From Opitutales bacterium (GTDB lineage: Bacteria; Verrucomicrobiota; Verrucomicrobiia; Opitutales; PNEW01): a stretch of DNA of 64,000 nucleotides. The translations under genes and the position numbers were made by a program. Of the stretch, positions 12,973-23,467 are shown piece after piece. The stretch lies in NCBI GenBank assembly GCA_965197745.1, contig CBDANS010000007.1, positions 2,016,001 to 2,080,000 on the forward strand, given 5' to 3'. Below the pieces are notes generated by a model. The model did no database searches and was not told where the DNA came from. It was given only the letters and a program-made list of their open reading frames with translations. Each line of letters opens with the position of its first letter. Position 1 is the stretch's first letter.

Positions 12973-13020
12973 TAGTTACCTTAGGAGAGTTGGTATCAGA
13001 GATAAAAAGGGGTCAGGCTG

Positions 13021-14590
13021 GAATGGCGTTAAGATAAGGGATAGAATGAGTGCAATAGATGCTTGTACAGGGACCGTTGGAGAGCTACCCTAACGAGCAT
13101 GCAAAAACAAAACTTAACTCGTTATTTTCCAGGATTTAATCAGGTCCTGTTCGGTCGTGCTCCCCGAACAGCCCTTGCACAGATGGAGGGTAAGCTGGTA
13201 GAAATACGGCGGTCAAGTCTTTCCGAGCTATCGGATATCTTCGGGCAGTGGGTGCCGCAAAAGTATTTACACCGGAAGCCTCGAGGGGCTAACAGCCGGC
13301 GGAGATTGTTCAGCCAAAACGTGACCTTCTGGGCATTTTTGTTCCAAGTGCTCTCACCACGGACTGCCTGCCGGGAAGTGGTGCGCAAGCTCCAGAGCTA
13401 TTGCAGCATGAAGGGGCTGAAGTTGGCTAAAGGAACGGCCTCGGCCTACTGTCAGGCGAGGCAACGGCTGTTGGTGCAAGACCTGCACGGGATCCATGAA
13501 GCGATCAGTGAAGAGGTGGCCGGGAGAGTGACCGACGATCAACGGTGGAAAGGTCACGAGGTAAAAGTGGTCGACGGCACGGGTATCGCCACCGCCGATA
13601 CGCCGTGCTTGCAGAGGTGTTACCCACAGCCTTCGCAGCAACGAAGCGGCTGCGGCTTTCCGGTGGTGAAGCTGGTGGGCTGTTTTTCTTTAGCCAGTGG
13701 GGCGCTTTTACACTGGATGGAGTCCTCACTAAGGCATCATGACAGTGTGCTGTTGCGGGGCATGATCGGATTTTTTCAAAAGGGTGATGTGGTCCTTGCC
13801 GACCGGGGATTTTGCTCTTACCTCAATATTGCCCTGCTTAAAGGCCGCGGTGCTGAAGCGGTCATGCGTTTGCATCAGCAACGAAGAAGCGACTTTCGTC
13901 AGGGCAGGTCCTTGGGTAGGTATGACCGGCTGATCATGTGGAAGAAGCCGCAAAATGTCTTCGGCTTCAGTCGCGAGCAGTGGCGGCAAATCCCTGATGA
14001 GATCCCCGTACGGCTGGTGAAGATTTTCATTTTCATCAAAGGTTTCCGCGCCCATAGCGTAGACCTCGTGACTACCTTGAGCGATCCTCACCAATACTCC
14101 CACCACGATCTCGGAGAATTATACTATCGGCGCTGGGCAGTGGAGCTTTACTTTCGCCACATCAAAACCACCATGGGGATGGAGATCCTGCGCTCTCGCT
14201 CGGTCGCTCTCGTGCGCAAAGAGATTGCGATGTTTGCCATCGCCTACAATCTCATCCGCGCTCTTTTGCAGCAAGCTGCCAGTGCCTCCACCGCGACCTC
14301 TCCCGGCTAAGCTTCAAGGGGGCTGTTGACACCCTCCGCCAATATCAAAGTGCGCTCGCGGCCACCCGGTTTAATCCCAGAGCCCAACGATCTGTCATTG
14401 ACGAGATGATACACCTCATTGCCCTCGAATCGGTCCCCCTACGTCCCTTCCGATACGAACCAAGAGTCCTCAAACGTAGACCTATACCTTTCCAACGATT
14501 GACTCATCCACGAGCCATGATGACCGTCTCTGCTTCACGAAAAAACAAAGGCTTTTATCATCCTAAACCACCCTTATCTTAACGCCATTC
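13021..14590 (+). mobile_element. IS4-family element, copy 1 (transposase 13099-14582, frameshifted near 14287)
   Basis: Terminal IR GAATGGCGTTAAGATAAGGG; DDE motifs VVDGT, LADRGF, YYRRWAVELYFRHIK; perfect 11-bp flank duplication GGGTCAGGCTG. Confidence 0.95.
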
Positions 14591-14735
14591 GGGTCAGGCT
14601 GTGTATTTATAGATTTTTCAGGATTCTAATTTAAAACGGACCGTTGAACCAACATATATTACTGAAATCGTTAGTATTCAAATACTGGGTGAAAAGTATT
14701 CTAAGTTGTAATCTATAAATAGACAGCCTGACCCC
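14591..14735. repeat. ~145-bp MITE-like palindromic element, family A copy 1
   Basis: TIR GGGTCAGGCTGTGTATTTATAGAT / ATCTATAAATAGACAGCCTGACCC; homologs at 26036 and 40952. Confidence 0.85.
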
Positions 14736-14759
14736 TTTTTCTTCCCTTCTATATTAAAC

Positions 14760-15743
14760 CTATCGTGACATATAGTAATAAAAACAGCTCACGTAGTCGG
14801 CATTCAGTTCCACCTTTTTACTATTCTCACCCTTATCATTATCACTCATCTTGGCGAACGTCTCGTGCGTATAATTTAGGATTCCCACGCATCCACCGGT
14901 AAATGATATTTTATCCGCTTCCCGACAGCGGAGCATGCCGATGCGGGAACCGCCTGAAGGCAGGTCGTCCAGCCTGATAATTGCACTGAACCGATCCGAC
15001 TGCGTTTCGTGGAATCCATAGGAGTAACCGTAAAAATCCTCGGTTCCCAGATACTCGACCGACGGTGCGTTTTCCCCGTTCAGGTAAAATTCGTCATTGC
15101 CCTCGCAGAGCAGTTCTCCGCGTTTGCAATTCGGATTGTCGCTGGAAATCTGAAACCAGTGAGCCACTATCGTTCCCGTACCGGAAATATTACAGAGCTC
15201 GAGCTTCTCGTGGGGGATGTGCAATTGACCCCGTCGATATTCGGCAAAAAGATAGCCCGATGATTCAGGAATTGTCCCTACCTTATCCCACTGGATATCC
15301 AGATACCCACGGAGATCGACGTCCGATGAATTTTCCAACTCGATTTTTACATGACGAGAAAAAGGCATCGGTAAACGGAAATTGTGGGATTCCTTAACTC
15401 GCGAAAAATAGACCGTATCATAGTAATCACACGATGCTTCGATATCGCCGAGGAAGTCCATTAACGGCATGTGAATAGACGGCGTATCTTCGAAGTCATA
15501 CCACACCTTCATCATGATCACCGATCCGGCCGACTGATCCGCGGAACCGTTTCGCTCATTGTAGTCTGAGGCGTGGATGCACGTAATAACTCCCGGACCA
15601 TCCACATCGAGTACCGTCACCGATGCGCCAGCGTAGAGCTCAGGCATGTCAGGATATTTATCCTTGGACCAGGTTGCGGGAACCACCCTGCTGTCGGCAT
15701 TCCCTATTCTCGTTAAGCTTTCCCAGGATCTTATAGCGTTCAT
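14760..15743 (-). CDS. DUF2961 / GH172-like protein
   Basis: DVDGPGVIT, NFRLPMPF, CEGNDEFY, YLGTEDFYG; RBS AGGAGG before ATG 15743. Confidence 0.8.
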   Translation of the reverse strand: MNAIRSWESLTRIGNADSRVVPATWSKDKYPDMPELYAGASVTVLDVDGPGVITCIHASDYNERNGSADQSAGSVIMMKVWYDFEDTPSIHMPLMDFLGDIEASCDYYDTVYFSRVKESHNFRLPMPFSRHVKIELENSSDVDLRGYLDIQWDKVGTIPESSGYLFAEYRRGQLHIPHEKLELCNISGTGTIVAHWFQISSDNPNCKRGELLCEGNDEFYLNGENAPSVEYLGTEDFYGYSYGFHETQSDRFSAIIRLDDLPSGGSRIGMLRCREADKISFTGGCVGILNYTHETFAKMSDNDKGENSKKVELNADYVSCFYYYMSR

Positions 15744-15753
15744 GGTGGTCCTC

Positions 15754-17127
15754 CTACGACATAAAATCATCAACTTTGTCACGTAACCTTCTCAGATCGT
15801 CGGCGTGAGCCACGTCATTTATCAGATTTTGATTTTCACCCGGATCAGCGTCTAAATCAAAGAGCTGCTCAGGCCATTCTTTACCCTCGAAACGGAAGTA
15901 TTTCATGTGGTCCTGCTTGACCATCACCGACGGCCCGTTCAATGGATGGTATAATTCGCTATAAACTTCATTCGGCCAATCGTCAGACCTTCCTTCCATG
16001 AGCGGAACGAGAGAGCGCCCATCCAACCCGTGTGGTATCGGCACATGGGCTAACTCGCAGAGGGTCGGGAATAAGTCGACCAGCGAGACATTATCCTGAA
16101 TAATTGCATTTCCTTGATTAAACTTTTGTGGCCTCGAGATGAAGAACGGCACACGTACCGAAGCATCAAAGTACTGCTGTTTTTCCCATAGTCCTTTTTC
16201 GCCAAGCATCTCACCGTGGTCGGACAGAAAAACTACTACGAAATCATCGAGCACATTCAGTGCTTCGAGCTTGGAGATAATACGCCCGAACTGCATATCC
16301 GTCCACTCGATCATTCCATAATATGCAGCAGTCGCTCTATGCGCTTCACGATAGGTGACATCTTCCCCGACCTTTATTTTGAAATAATCGTTGCAGTCGA
16401 AATTCTCAGGGAGGTCTTCGACGCGTGGCTTCACACGTTGCATGTAATAGTTAAATAGCTCTTCGGGACATTGGAATGGATAATGCGGGCAATTCAGGCT
16501 GACCGCGAGTAGTAGCGGACCCTCACCGGGCCTGTCGTAAGTCGCATCGACAAAAAATTCGTCGAGGTACATTAAGGCACCGTCAACGGTGTACTTATCC
16601 TGTTTCATGTAAGTACTCATTCCGACACGTGCGTTGGTGATTTCCTTGGCTTGCGGCCATTTGCCCGTACCTTCTTCGTGAAAGGTCATTGCCTGGTGAA
16701 GGGGATCATCCACCGGTTCGTAGGCGGTACGCCCTCGGATGTCGCGGCCGATTCGCTCGTACCAGCCGTGCATCTGGTCGGGACCGTCGGCAAAGTGCAT
16801 CTTTCCCGCAGCTACGGGGTGGTACCCGTAGCGTGAGAGGTGTCCGGGAATGGTCAGCAGCTCGCTTGGCAATGGGATTCCGTAACCTCTGGTTCCGCAG
16901 TTTTCCAGATAGTTGCCAGCCAGGAAACACTGCCTCGCCGGCACGCATATCGGTGATGGCGTGTAAGCATTGCGAAAATAGTTCCCTTGGTCGATGAATC
17001 TGTCGAGCGTCGGGGTTCGAATCTGCGAATTCCCTTCTATCGGCAAGACATCAGGGCGATGTTCATCATCGATAAACAATAAAATGTGAGGTTTTTTATA
17101 GGACTTTCCATAATTTACCCTTTTCAC
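15754..17127 (-). CDS. Sulfatase (choline-sulfatase-like)
   Basis: CVPAR formylglycine motif, GKMH, SDHGEMLG, LFDLDADPGE. Confidence 0.92.
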   Translation of the reverse strand: MKRVNYGKSYKKPHILLFIDDEHRPDVLPIEGNSQIRTPTLDRFIDQGNYFRNAYTPSPICVPARQCFLAGNYLENCGTRGYGIPLPSELLTIPGHLSRYGYHPVAAGKMHFADGPDQMHGWYERIGRDIRGRTAYEPVDDPLHQAMTFHEEGTGKWPQAKEITNARVGMSTYMKQDKYTVDGALMYLDEFFVDATYDRPGEGPLLLAVSLNCPHYPFQCPEELFNYYMQRVKPRVEDLPENFDCNDYFKIKVGEDVTYREAHRATAAYYGMIEWTDMQFGRIISKLEALNVLDDFVVVFLSDHGEMLGEKGLWEKQQYFDASVRVPFFISRPQKFNQGNAIIQDNVSLVDLFPTLCELAHVPIPHGLDGRSLVPLMEGRSDDWPNEVYSELYHPLNGPSVMVKQDHMKYFRFEGKEWPEQLFDLDADPGENQNLINDVAHADDLRRLRDKVDDFMS

Positions 17128-17269
17128 TCAGGTAATAAGAAAGGGGGCATGTCGAACTTTTTGCAAAAGAATATTTTAGTAAGCGTACAACCCACCGTCT
17201 CGATTGTGAAGGAGGGTGGCTCCTGCTTGCCTTACTCAACCAGCTAAATATTTTTGAGTGAAGATTAAA

Positions 17270-17344
17270 GGTGGAACGCGCTGTCCCTAGCGCGTTAGAG
17301 ATTGTTGTAAGTGAAGAAGCGTGCTAGGGACAGCCCGCTCCACC
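17270..17344. repeat. GGTGGA...TCCACC REP-doublet (REPIN-like)
   Basis: GGTGGAACGCGCTGTCCCTAGCGCGTT / AAGCGTGCTAGGGACAGCCCGCTCCACC; recurs at 47422, 50057, 53084, 60881 and as partial copies. Confidence 0.8.
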
Positions 17345-17391
17345 TCATTGCTTAACACCTAAAACCTAACACTTAAAACTTCTCGAAGAGA

Positions 17392-19647
17392 TCACTCGAT
17401 AGTGATCTCTTCGGTAACAACATCGATCTCATCCCCATCTTCATTAGCGAAGGTGGCGTCGATGCTCAATGTTGGCTGAGGCGTTTCGTCAGACTTGAAG
17501 TTGTTTTGCGTGATCAATGTGTCAAACCCGGTCGTTGTCGATCCGCTCTCCGCCACAATGATCGATGCGCCGTTGGTTTGAGCGAGGTCGCCACCGGTGA
17601 TACGCATCCCGGGGTTACCTGCAGGTACCGTGAAGGACCCTTCTCCGAACAACAGGTGCGGCACCGCATCACCATCGGCATCGATGTCGCCTACAGTTAG
17701 GCGTACCGCGATCGGCACGCCGCGGGCGTCCACACCGACTTTTCCGGTGCTTCCGCTAAACACAGCGTTCGACAGCTGGACTCCTCCCAGTCCCGTGGAG
17801 TTGACTACTTCCACGAGTGCCACGTCGGCCTGGGCGTCATAGACCTGTCCTTCGGGGAACAGCGCCTGGTTAAAGGCGTTGATCCTGCCCACCGTGAAAA
17901 TGCTGAAGAAGGTATTGGCGTCGGCTCCGTCGATGACCACGCTCGGCTTGCCCGTCACATATTCGACGGCCTGGTTGTAGCGTGGGGGGACGGCCGGAGG
18001 CAGGAAAGTGGCCGGGTCGAGGGATACGGTAAAGGTACCGTTACCTGAGAACTCTACCTGTACAATGTCTTCGTTTTCGTCCATGAAGGAAACGCGGGTG
18101 ATCTGTCCCGGTTTGGCCTGGAGTTGGACGGACTCTCCGGTGAGTAATATCTGGTCGAAGACGTTACCGTTGGCATGCTGAATGTCTTCACCCGCGATAT
18201 CCCCCGAGCCGTCGAGGACGAGAGGGACGGAAGGTGCCGCTACGGTGATGACTGCGGTATTGCTATCAGCGGTACCGCCGGCATTAGTAACCTGCACCCA
18301 GTAGTTCGTGCTCGCAGTGAGCGCACCGGTAGTTAGTGTGCTTCCGGTAGCGTCGGCGACAGGAGCTTCGGTGTCACCGCTGTTGCCAGTATACCACTGG
18401 TAGGTGAGATCGTCGCCGCTGGCAGCGACAGACAAACTCGTCGAAGCGCCGGACTGCACTTCCTGGCTCGCGGGCTGGGTGGTGATGGTGGGTGCATCCG
18501 CGGGTGGGGGACCCTCGGAGCCGCTTCCCGGGGCACCGATCGGGGTGAAACCAAAGTCGTCAATACCGTTACGGGTAAATAGGTTAGCGTTCACATCTTC
18601 ATCGTCAATATAAACAATCTTCCCAATGCCTTCGGGTGCTCCCAATTCATCTGCATTAAAGGTTAGAAAAGTGGGTTTAAATTCCGGATGAACAAACGTC
18701 TCCATGTCTGTTTCGGTCACGAGGAGGTTATCATTAGTATCGTAGACTTCGATAGAGCAATCGATTTCTGTCTGTCCCTGTGCACTTTCACAATTTGCAT
18801 AAAAATCCACCTCATAAGCCGGAGTTTCAAAGGTGATGGTGAATTCCCCATCTCCAGCCTCTACAATAAAAGATTGGTTAAAAGAATGTTGTGATGGGCC
18901 GCCGCTACTAGATCTAATACCACCTCCACTACCACCAGTACTGGTAAAAGTAGCGGTATAAGGAGAAGTCCCAATAGAAAAAGGTTCCAGTCTACCATCA
19001 CCTGGTCCAAATCCATCACTCGCCTCAAACCGGGTAAAGACCGTATTATTGTTGGGCTTATCCGTGGGCGTGTAGCCAAGATCATCAATGGACAACTTAC
19101 CTGTAACATTGAGAATCTTTACTTCTTTTATCCCTTCAATGAATTCCAGATCCGTGGCATCAAGAAAATTGCCGCTGTCAGCAATAAAGCTTTGCAAGGC
19201 AGGGTTGGCTCCCGGGCTGATGTTAGCCGGCAATCCAACAACTTCGCCATTATCTCCTATCACGATTAAAACTTCAGCAACTCCGCCGCTGCCTAATCCT
19301 AACCCGCTGTTTCTATCTCCTCTGACTTCGATTTTGCCACTCCCTGTTGATTCGGCCGCGTAAAATTCTAAGGTATTAATCCCGCGGCTGCTGACAATTA
19401 ACCCTTCCTGACCAGGCCCAAGCGTTAACGCTTTCGTTCCTGAGTGTAAAAGCGCGGGATCTTCTAAAGTCTCTATCGTGAAGCCGACAAACTGGATGGT
19501 ATTCGGTGGTTCACCAAGGGTAAAATCACCAGATCCTTCAACATTTTCAAAATCGAGAAATACTTCCTGATCTTGAGGAAGGGCTTGAATGAATAAGGGA
19601 ATAGTCAGTAATGCCGTCGTTACGATTGTATATTTTATAAGGTTCAT
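17392..19647 (-). CDS. Secreted Ig-like domain protein, paralog 1
   Basis: Signal peptide, two related beta-rich domains ending IDDxG[FY]T, Ig-like APTITTQPAS..LTYQWY, conserved ~275-aa C-terminal domain. Confidence 0.9.
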   Translation of the reverse strand: MNLIKYTIVTTALLTIPLFIQALPQDQEVFLDFENVEGSGDFTLGEPPNTIQFVGFTIETLEDPALLHSGTKALTLGPGQEGLIVSSRGINTLEFYAAESTGSGKIEVRGDRNSGLGLGSGGVAEVLIVIGDNGEVVGLPANISPGANPALQSFIADSGNFLDATDLEFIEGIKEVKILNVTGKLSIDDLGYTPTDKPNNNTVFTRFEASDGFGPGDGRLEPFSIGTSPYTATFTSTGGSGGGIRSSSGGPSQHSFNQSFIVEAGDGEFTITFETPAYEVDFYANCESAQGQTEIDCSIEVYDTNDNLLVTETDMETFVHPEFKPTFLTFNADELGAPEGIGKIVYIDDEDVNANLFTRNGIDDFGFTPIGAPGSGSEGPPPADAPTITTQPASQEVQSGASTSLSVAASGDDLTYQWYTGNSGDTEAPVADATGSTLTTGALTASTNYWVQVTNAGGTADSNTAVITVAAPSVPLVLDGSGDIAGEDIQHANGNVFDQILLTGESVQLQAKPGQITRVSFMDENEDIVQVEFSGNGTFTVSLDPATFLPPAVPPRYNQAVEYVTGKPSVVIDGADANTFFSIFTVGRINAFNQALFPEGQVYDAQADVALVEVVNSTGLGGVQLSNAVFSGSTGKVGVDARGVPIAVRLTVGDIDADGDAVPHLLFGEGSFTVPAGNPGMRITGGDLAQTNGASIIVAESGSTTTGFDTLITQNNFKSDETPQPTLSIDATFANEDGDEIDVVTEEITIE

Positions 19648-19830
19648 TTAATTTTTTTTGAGTGTCTTATTCTTAAATGATAAAATCCACGTACTTAAAC
19701 TTTATTAAAAATGTCCTTTTCACGAGCCATTTCAATTTTCGATTGTCGATATGCGATTTCCGATTGAATGAGATAGAGACAAGAGAATTATAGAAACAAA
19801 ATATAATTTAAACTATGCTGAAATCCCTGC

Positions 19831-20784
19831 TTAAACCCTTACTCCAAAGGCAGCCTCAAAGTCCTGCCACACAATTTCCGGCACCTTCGTTGTGGCGCTT
19901 GTATATACCTCGTAAAATTCCTTCGGGTTGGCCGGTCCGGTCAGGACAATGCCATTGCCTCTAACGGGCGCATTGAGAACGAATTGCATTGCCAGATCTC
20001 GGATGTTCAATCCCTGTTCTTTGCACCACTGCCACATCTGGTGTGCATAAGGTGTCACGGCGGGGTCTGTCGGCCCACCTATGAGCGACGGAGGTACAAT
20101 CCCGTTTCGATCGGGGGTCAGCTTTTTATTACCCTGGGTGTCCGGTTCTGGACCTGCAAGAAGTGAGCCACCCAATGGGCTTCCCAGAATGATTCCTATG
20201 TCATTTTCCAGCGCAAGGGGAATTGTTGTTTTGGCGAGTGATTGAGAAAGCAGGGTGTAGTCCAAGAAAGACAACACAATATCTATTTCACCGGTTTCAA
20301 TCGCCCGCCGATGAAATTCAGGCTGGCGCACACCGATGCCAATGTGACCGATGCGTCCTTTCGATTTCCAATCTACCAACACATCCAAACAGGCCCCTAA
20401 CGGTGCTTCAATGTCGTAGCGCGGGCCGTGAATCAACACTGAATCCACGTACTCTGTCTGAAGCTGCTTAAAGCTGTTCTCCAAGCTCCACGTCGTAGCT
20501 TCTTTTGAAAAATCGCGGAGAAATTGTGGATGAGAGCCCACCTTAGTTTGAAGGTAGACCTTTTCTCGCCATCCGCCAGCCAATGCCAATCCGACACGAT
20601 ACTCGCTGACCTCGTAGAACGGGGACGTATCGACAAAATCGATCCCCCGTTCAATAGCCTCCCGAATCGTTGCCACCGCTTCTTCATCTGGCCGCTGCGG
20701 ATAACCCAGATGCCCGCAACCCAATCCAAGCGCCTTTGTTGTCATCTCTGTGCGTCCTAATCGGCGAACTTCCAGATCTGACAT
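19831..20784 (-). CDS. Aldo/keto reductase
   Basis: RRLGRT, LGLG, DTSPFY, LQTKVG, SLENSFKQLQTEYVD. Confidence 0.9.
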   Translation of the reverse strand: MSDLEVRRLGRTEMTTKALGLGCGHLGYPQRPDEEAVATIREAIERGIDFVDTSPFYEVSEYRVGLALAGGWREKVYLQTKVGSHPQFLRDFSKEATTWSLENSFKQLQTEYVDSVLIHGPRYDIEAPLGACLDVLVDWKSKGRIGHIGIGVRQPEFHRRAIETGEIDIVLSFLDYTLLSQSLAKTTIPLALENDIGIILGSPLGGSLLAGPEPDTQGNKKLTPDRNGIVPPSLIGGPTDPAVTPYAHQMWQWCKEQGLNIRDLAMQFVLNAPVRGNGIVLTGPANPKEFYEVYTSATTKVPEIVWQDFEAAFGVRV

Positions 20785-20895
20785 TTTTGAACTCCTTTAC
20801 ACCATTGAAATTGACGATACTCGATCTCTTTCGTGCAAACGGAATCGTCCTGAATCGGACAAACGTTGGCAAGCACTTTCATGAAACAGTATAAG

Positions 20896-21039
20896 CTACT
20901 CCTCTATGCCGGATGGAATAAGCGAAAGCAAGTACGGGAGGTCATCAAAAGCCCTCTGCCGCGCTAAGGTAAAAGCGATAGCCTTGCCAATTCCGCTGTT
21001 ACCGCCCGTGACTAATGCCGCTTTTCCACGCAAGTCCAT
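20896..21039 (-). pseudogene. N-terminal remnant of a short-chain dehydrogenase
   Basis: Translates MDLRGKAALVTGGNSGIGKAIAFTLA, then loses similarity and stops at 47 aa. Confidence 0.8.
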
Positions 21040-21212
21040 TTACATTCTATTAGTTTGCCTATTAACTACTCACGGAATAGCTCGAATCGCAAGCCAATGG
21101 CATAATTATCGTCATGACAATGAGTACTTAGGTAGGCGTTAGGTTTTATGTATTAAGTGTTAAATATTTTTACCTAAAACCTAACACTTAACACCTAAAA
21201 CTGATCGATAGA

Positions 21213-23420
21213 TCACTCTATCGTTATCTCATCGACTTCGACACTGATCTCATCACCGTCCTCATTGGCGAAAGCTGCACTGACACTTTGCGTCGGCTGA
21301 GGTGTGTTGTCCGACTTGAAATTGTTCTGCGAGATCAGGGTCTCAAACCCGGTAATTGTCGATCCACTTTCCGCGACGACGATCGATGCGCCGTTGGTCT
21401 GCGCGAGGTCACCTCCAGTGATTCGCAATCCGGGGTTACCTGCAGGTATGGTGAAGGATCCTTCACCAAACAAAAGGTGCGGTACGGCATCGCCGTCAGC
21501 ATCGATGTCACCTACGGTTAAGCGTACCGCGATCGGTACCCCTCTGGCATCGACGCCGACCTTGCCGGTGCTTCCACTGAGCAATGTGTTCGACAGCTGC
21601 ATCCCTCCCATTCCCGTTGAGTTGATCACTTCCACCAGAGTCACGTCCGCTTGTGCATCATAAACCTGCCCCTCGGGGAAGAGAGCCTGGTTCACCGCGT
21701 TGATCCTTCCAACCGTAAAGATACTAAAGAAGGTACTGGAATCAGCTCCGTCAATAACCACGTTGGGTTTGCCCGTCACATACTCCACGGCCTGGTTGTA
21801 GCGCGGGGGAGGAGCCGGGGGCAGGAAGGTGGTCGGGTCGAGGGTTACGGTAAAGGTCCCTTCGCCTGAAAATTCAACCTGCACAATGTCCTCAGTTTCG
21901 TCCATGAAGGAAACCCGGGTAATTTGTCCTGGTCTTGCTTGCAGTTGGATGGATTCTCCGGTAAAGAGAATTTGATCAAAGACATTACCGTTAGGATGCT
22001 GAATGTTCTCTCCGGCGATATCGCCCGCGCCATCGAGGACGAGGGGCACGGAGGGAGCCGCTACAGTGATGACTGCTGTATCGCTATCGGCAGTACCTCC
22101 AGCGTTAGTAATCTGTACCCAATAGCTGGTGCTCGCAGTTAGAGCACTCGTCGTTAAAGCACTGCCGGTGGCGCCCGCAACGGGAGCGGCGGTATCACCA
22201 CTGTTACCGGTGTACCACTGGTAGGTGAGATCATCTCCGCTGGCCGCGACGGATAAGACGACTGCAGTGCCGGTCTGCACTTCCAGGTTAGTGGGCTGAA
22301 TGGTGATGGATGGGCCTTGTGCGGTGGTGGTTCCATCGAAACCCGGAGCACCGATCGGGGTAAAACCGAAATCGTCAATGCTCGTCGAACTGATATTAAG
22401 ATTTGCACGTATATTATCGGTATAGGTTATTTTGGCAATGCCGCCCACCGCTCCCAATTCACTGGCTATTAATTTAACCTGAAAAGGAAGGGTATTGGGG
22501 CTAAGGAAAGCTGGCAGATCTTCAATCGTGATGAGCAAGTTATCTTCCGTGTCAAATACCTCAATCGTACCGTCATCTTCGCCAATCGCTTGATCAAAGA
22601 TGGCTGCGGCATAAAATTGAACCCGTGCTGCCGGTGTTTCGAAAGTGATCGTTCCGGTTTCACCTTCAAACACTCTCCAGTAGTCGCAACATGAGCGGCT
22701 AAATCCTGAATGCAGTGCTGTAAGGCCATTAGTAAAGGTGGCGGTAAAAGGAGATGATCCAACCGCAAAATTATCAATTCCTGTGGTGAATTCTTCAAAT
22801 CGGGTATGCACGGTATTATTTCTTGGCACATCTGAAAGGGTAAAACCAAGATCATCGATGACTAATTTTCCCGTGACATTAAAGAACTTAATTTCAGTTA
22901 TACCGTCAAAGTAGTAGTCGATATCATCAAAATTTTGAATACCTTCAGGGATGCTGACGAACCGTTGTACCGGTGGATTGATATCGGCGTTGATACTGGT
23001 CGGTAAGCCAGTTATTGTATATTGCGGTAGTGGTATTAAGATTAATTCAACATACCTCTTTTCCAGGCTAATCTCACCGACATTCCCAGGACCCCCGGCT
23101 TCAATCTTACCCGCGCCCGTGTTCTCGGCCACGTAGAACTCGATTTCAGCAAGCCCCTTTTCAGTGAAGATCTTCCCTTCCTCACCGGGCCCCAGGGTTA
23201 GAGCTTTCATTCCCGAATGCAAGAGCAATGGATCCTCTAAAGTCTCCACCTTAAAGCCAACTAATTTAATCCGGTTTGGCTCTTCGCCGATAAAAATTTC
23301 ACCTTCTCCGTTGATATCCTCAAAATCTGTGAATACCTCGAGGTCCTGCGGAAGAGCTAGGAGAAAAAGTGGAAATAAAAGTGAAATCAATAATTCGGAT
23401 ACGAAATTTCTAAAGTGCAT
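21213..23420 (-). CDS. Secreted Ig-like domain protein, paralog 2
   Basis: Same architecture as 17392-19647. Confidence 0.9.
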   Translation of the reverse strand: MHFRNFVSELLISLLFPLFLLALPQDLEVFTDFEDINGEGEIFIGEEPNRIKLVGFKVETLEDPLLLHSGMKALTLGPGEEGKIFTEKGLAEIEFYVAENTGAGKIEAGGPGNVGEISLEKRYVELILIPLPQYTITGLPTSINADINPPVQRFVSIPEGIQNFDDIDYYFDGITEIKFFNVTGKLVIDDLGFTLSDVPRNNTVHTRFEEFTTGIDNFAVGSSPFTATFTNGLTALHSGFSRSCCDYWRVFEGETGTITFETPAARVQFYAAAIFDQAIGEDDGTIEVFDTEDNLLITIEDLPAFLSPNTLPFQVKLIASELGAVGGIAKITYTDNIRANLNISSTSIDDFGFTPIGAPGFDGTTTAQGPSITIQPTNLEVQTGTAVVLSVAASGDDLTYQWYTGNSGDTAAPVAGATGSALTTSALTASTSYWVQITNAGGTADSDTAVITVAAPSVPLVLDGAGDIAGENIQHPNGNVFDQILFTGESIQLQARPGQITRVSFMDETEDIVQVEFSGEGTFTVTLDPTTFLPPAPPPRYNQAVEYVTGKPNVVIDGADSSTFFSIFTVGRINAVNQALFPEGQVYDAQADVTLVEVINSTGMGGMQLSNTLLSGSTGKVGVDARGVPIAVRLTVGDIDADGDAVPHLLFGEGSFTIPAGNPGLRITGGDLAQTNGASIVVAESGSTITGFETLISQNNFKSDNTPQPTQSVSAAFANEDGDEISVEVDEITIE

Positions 23421-23467
23421 TGAAGTAAATGGGTCAAAATATTCATAGCCCTAAACCAATGGCAGGG

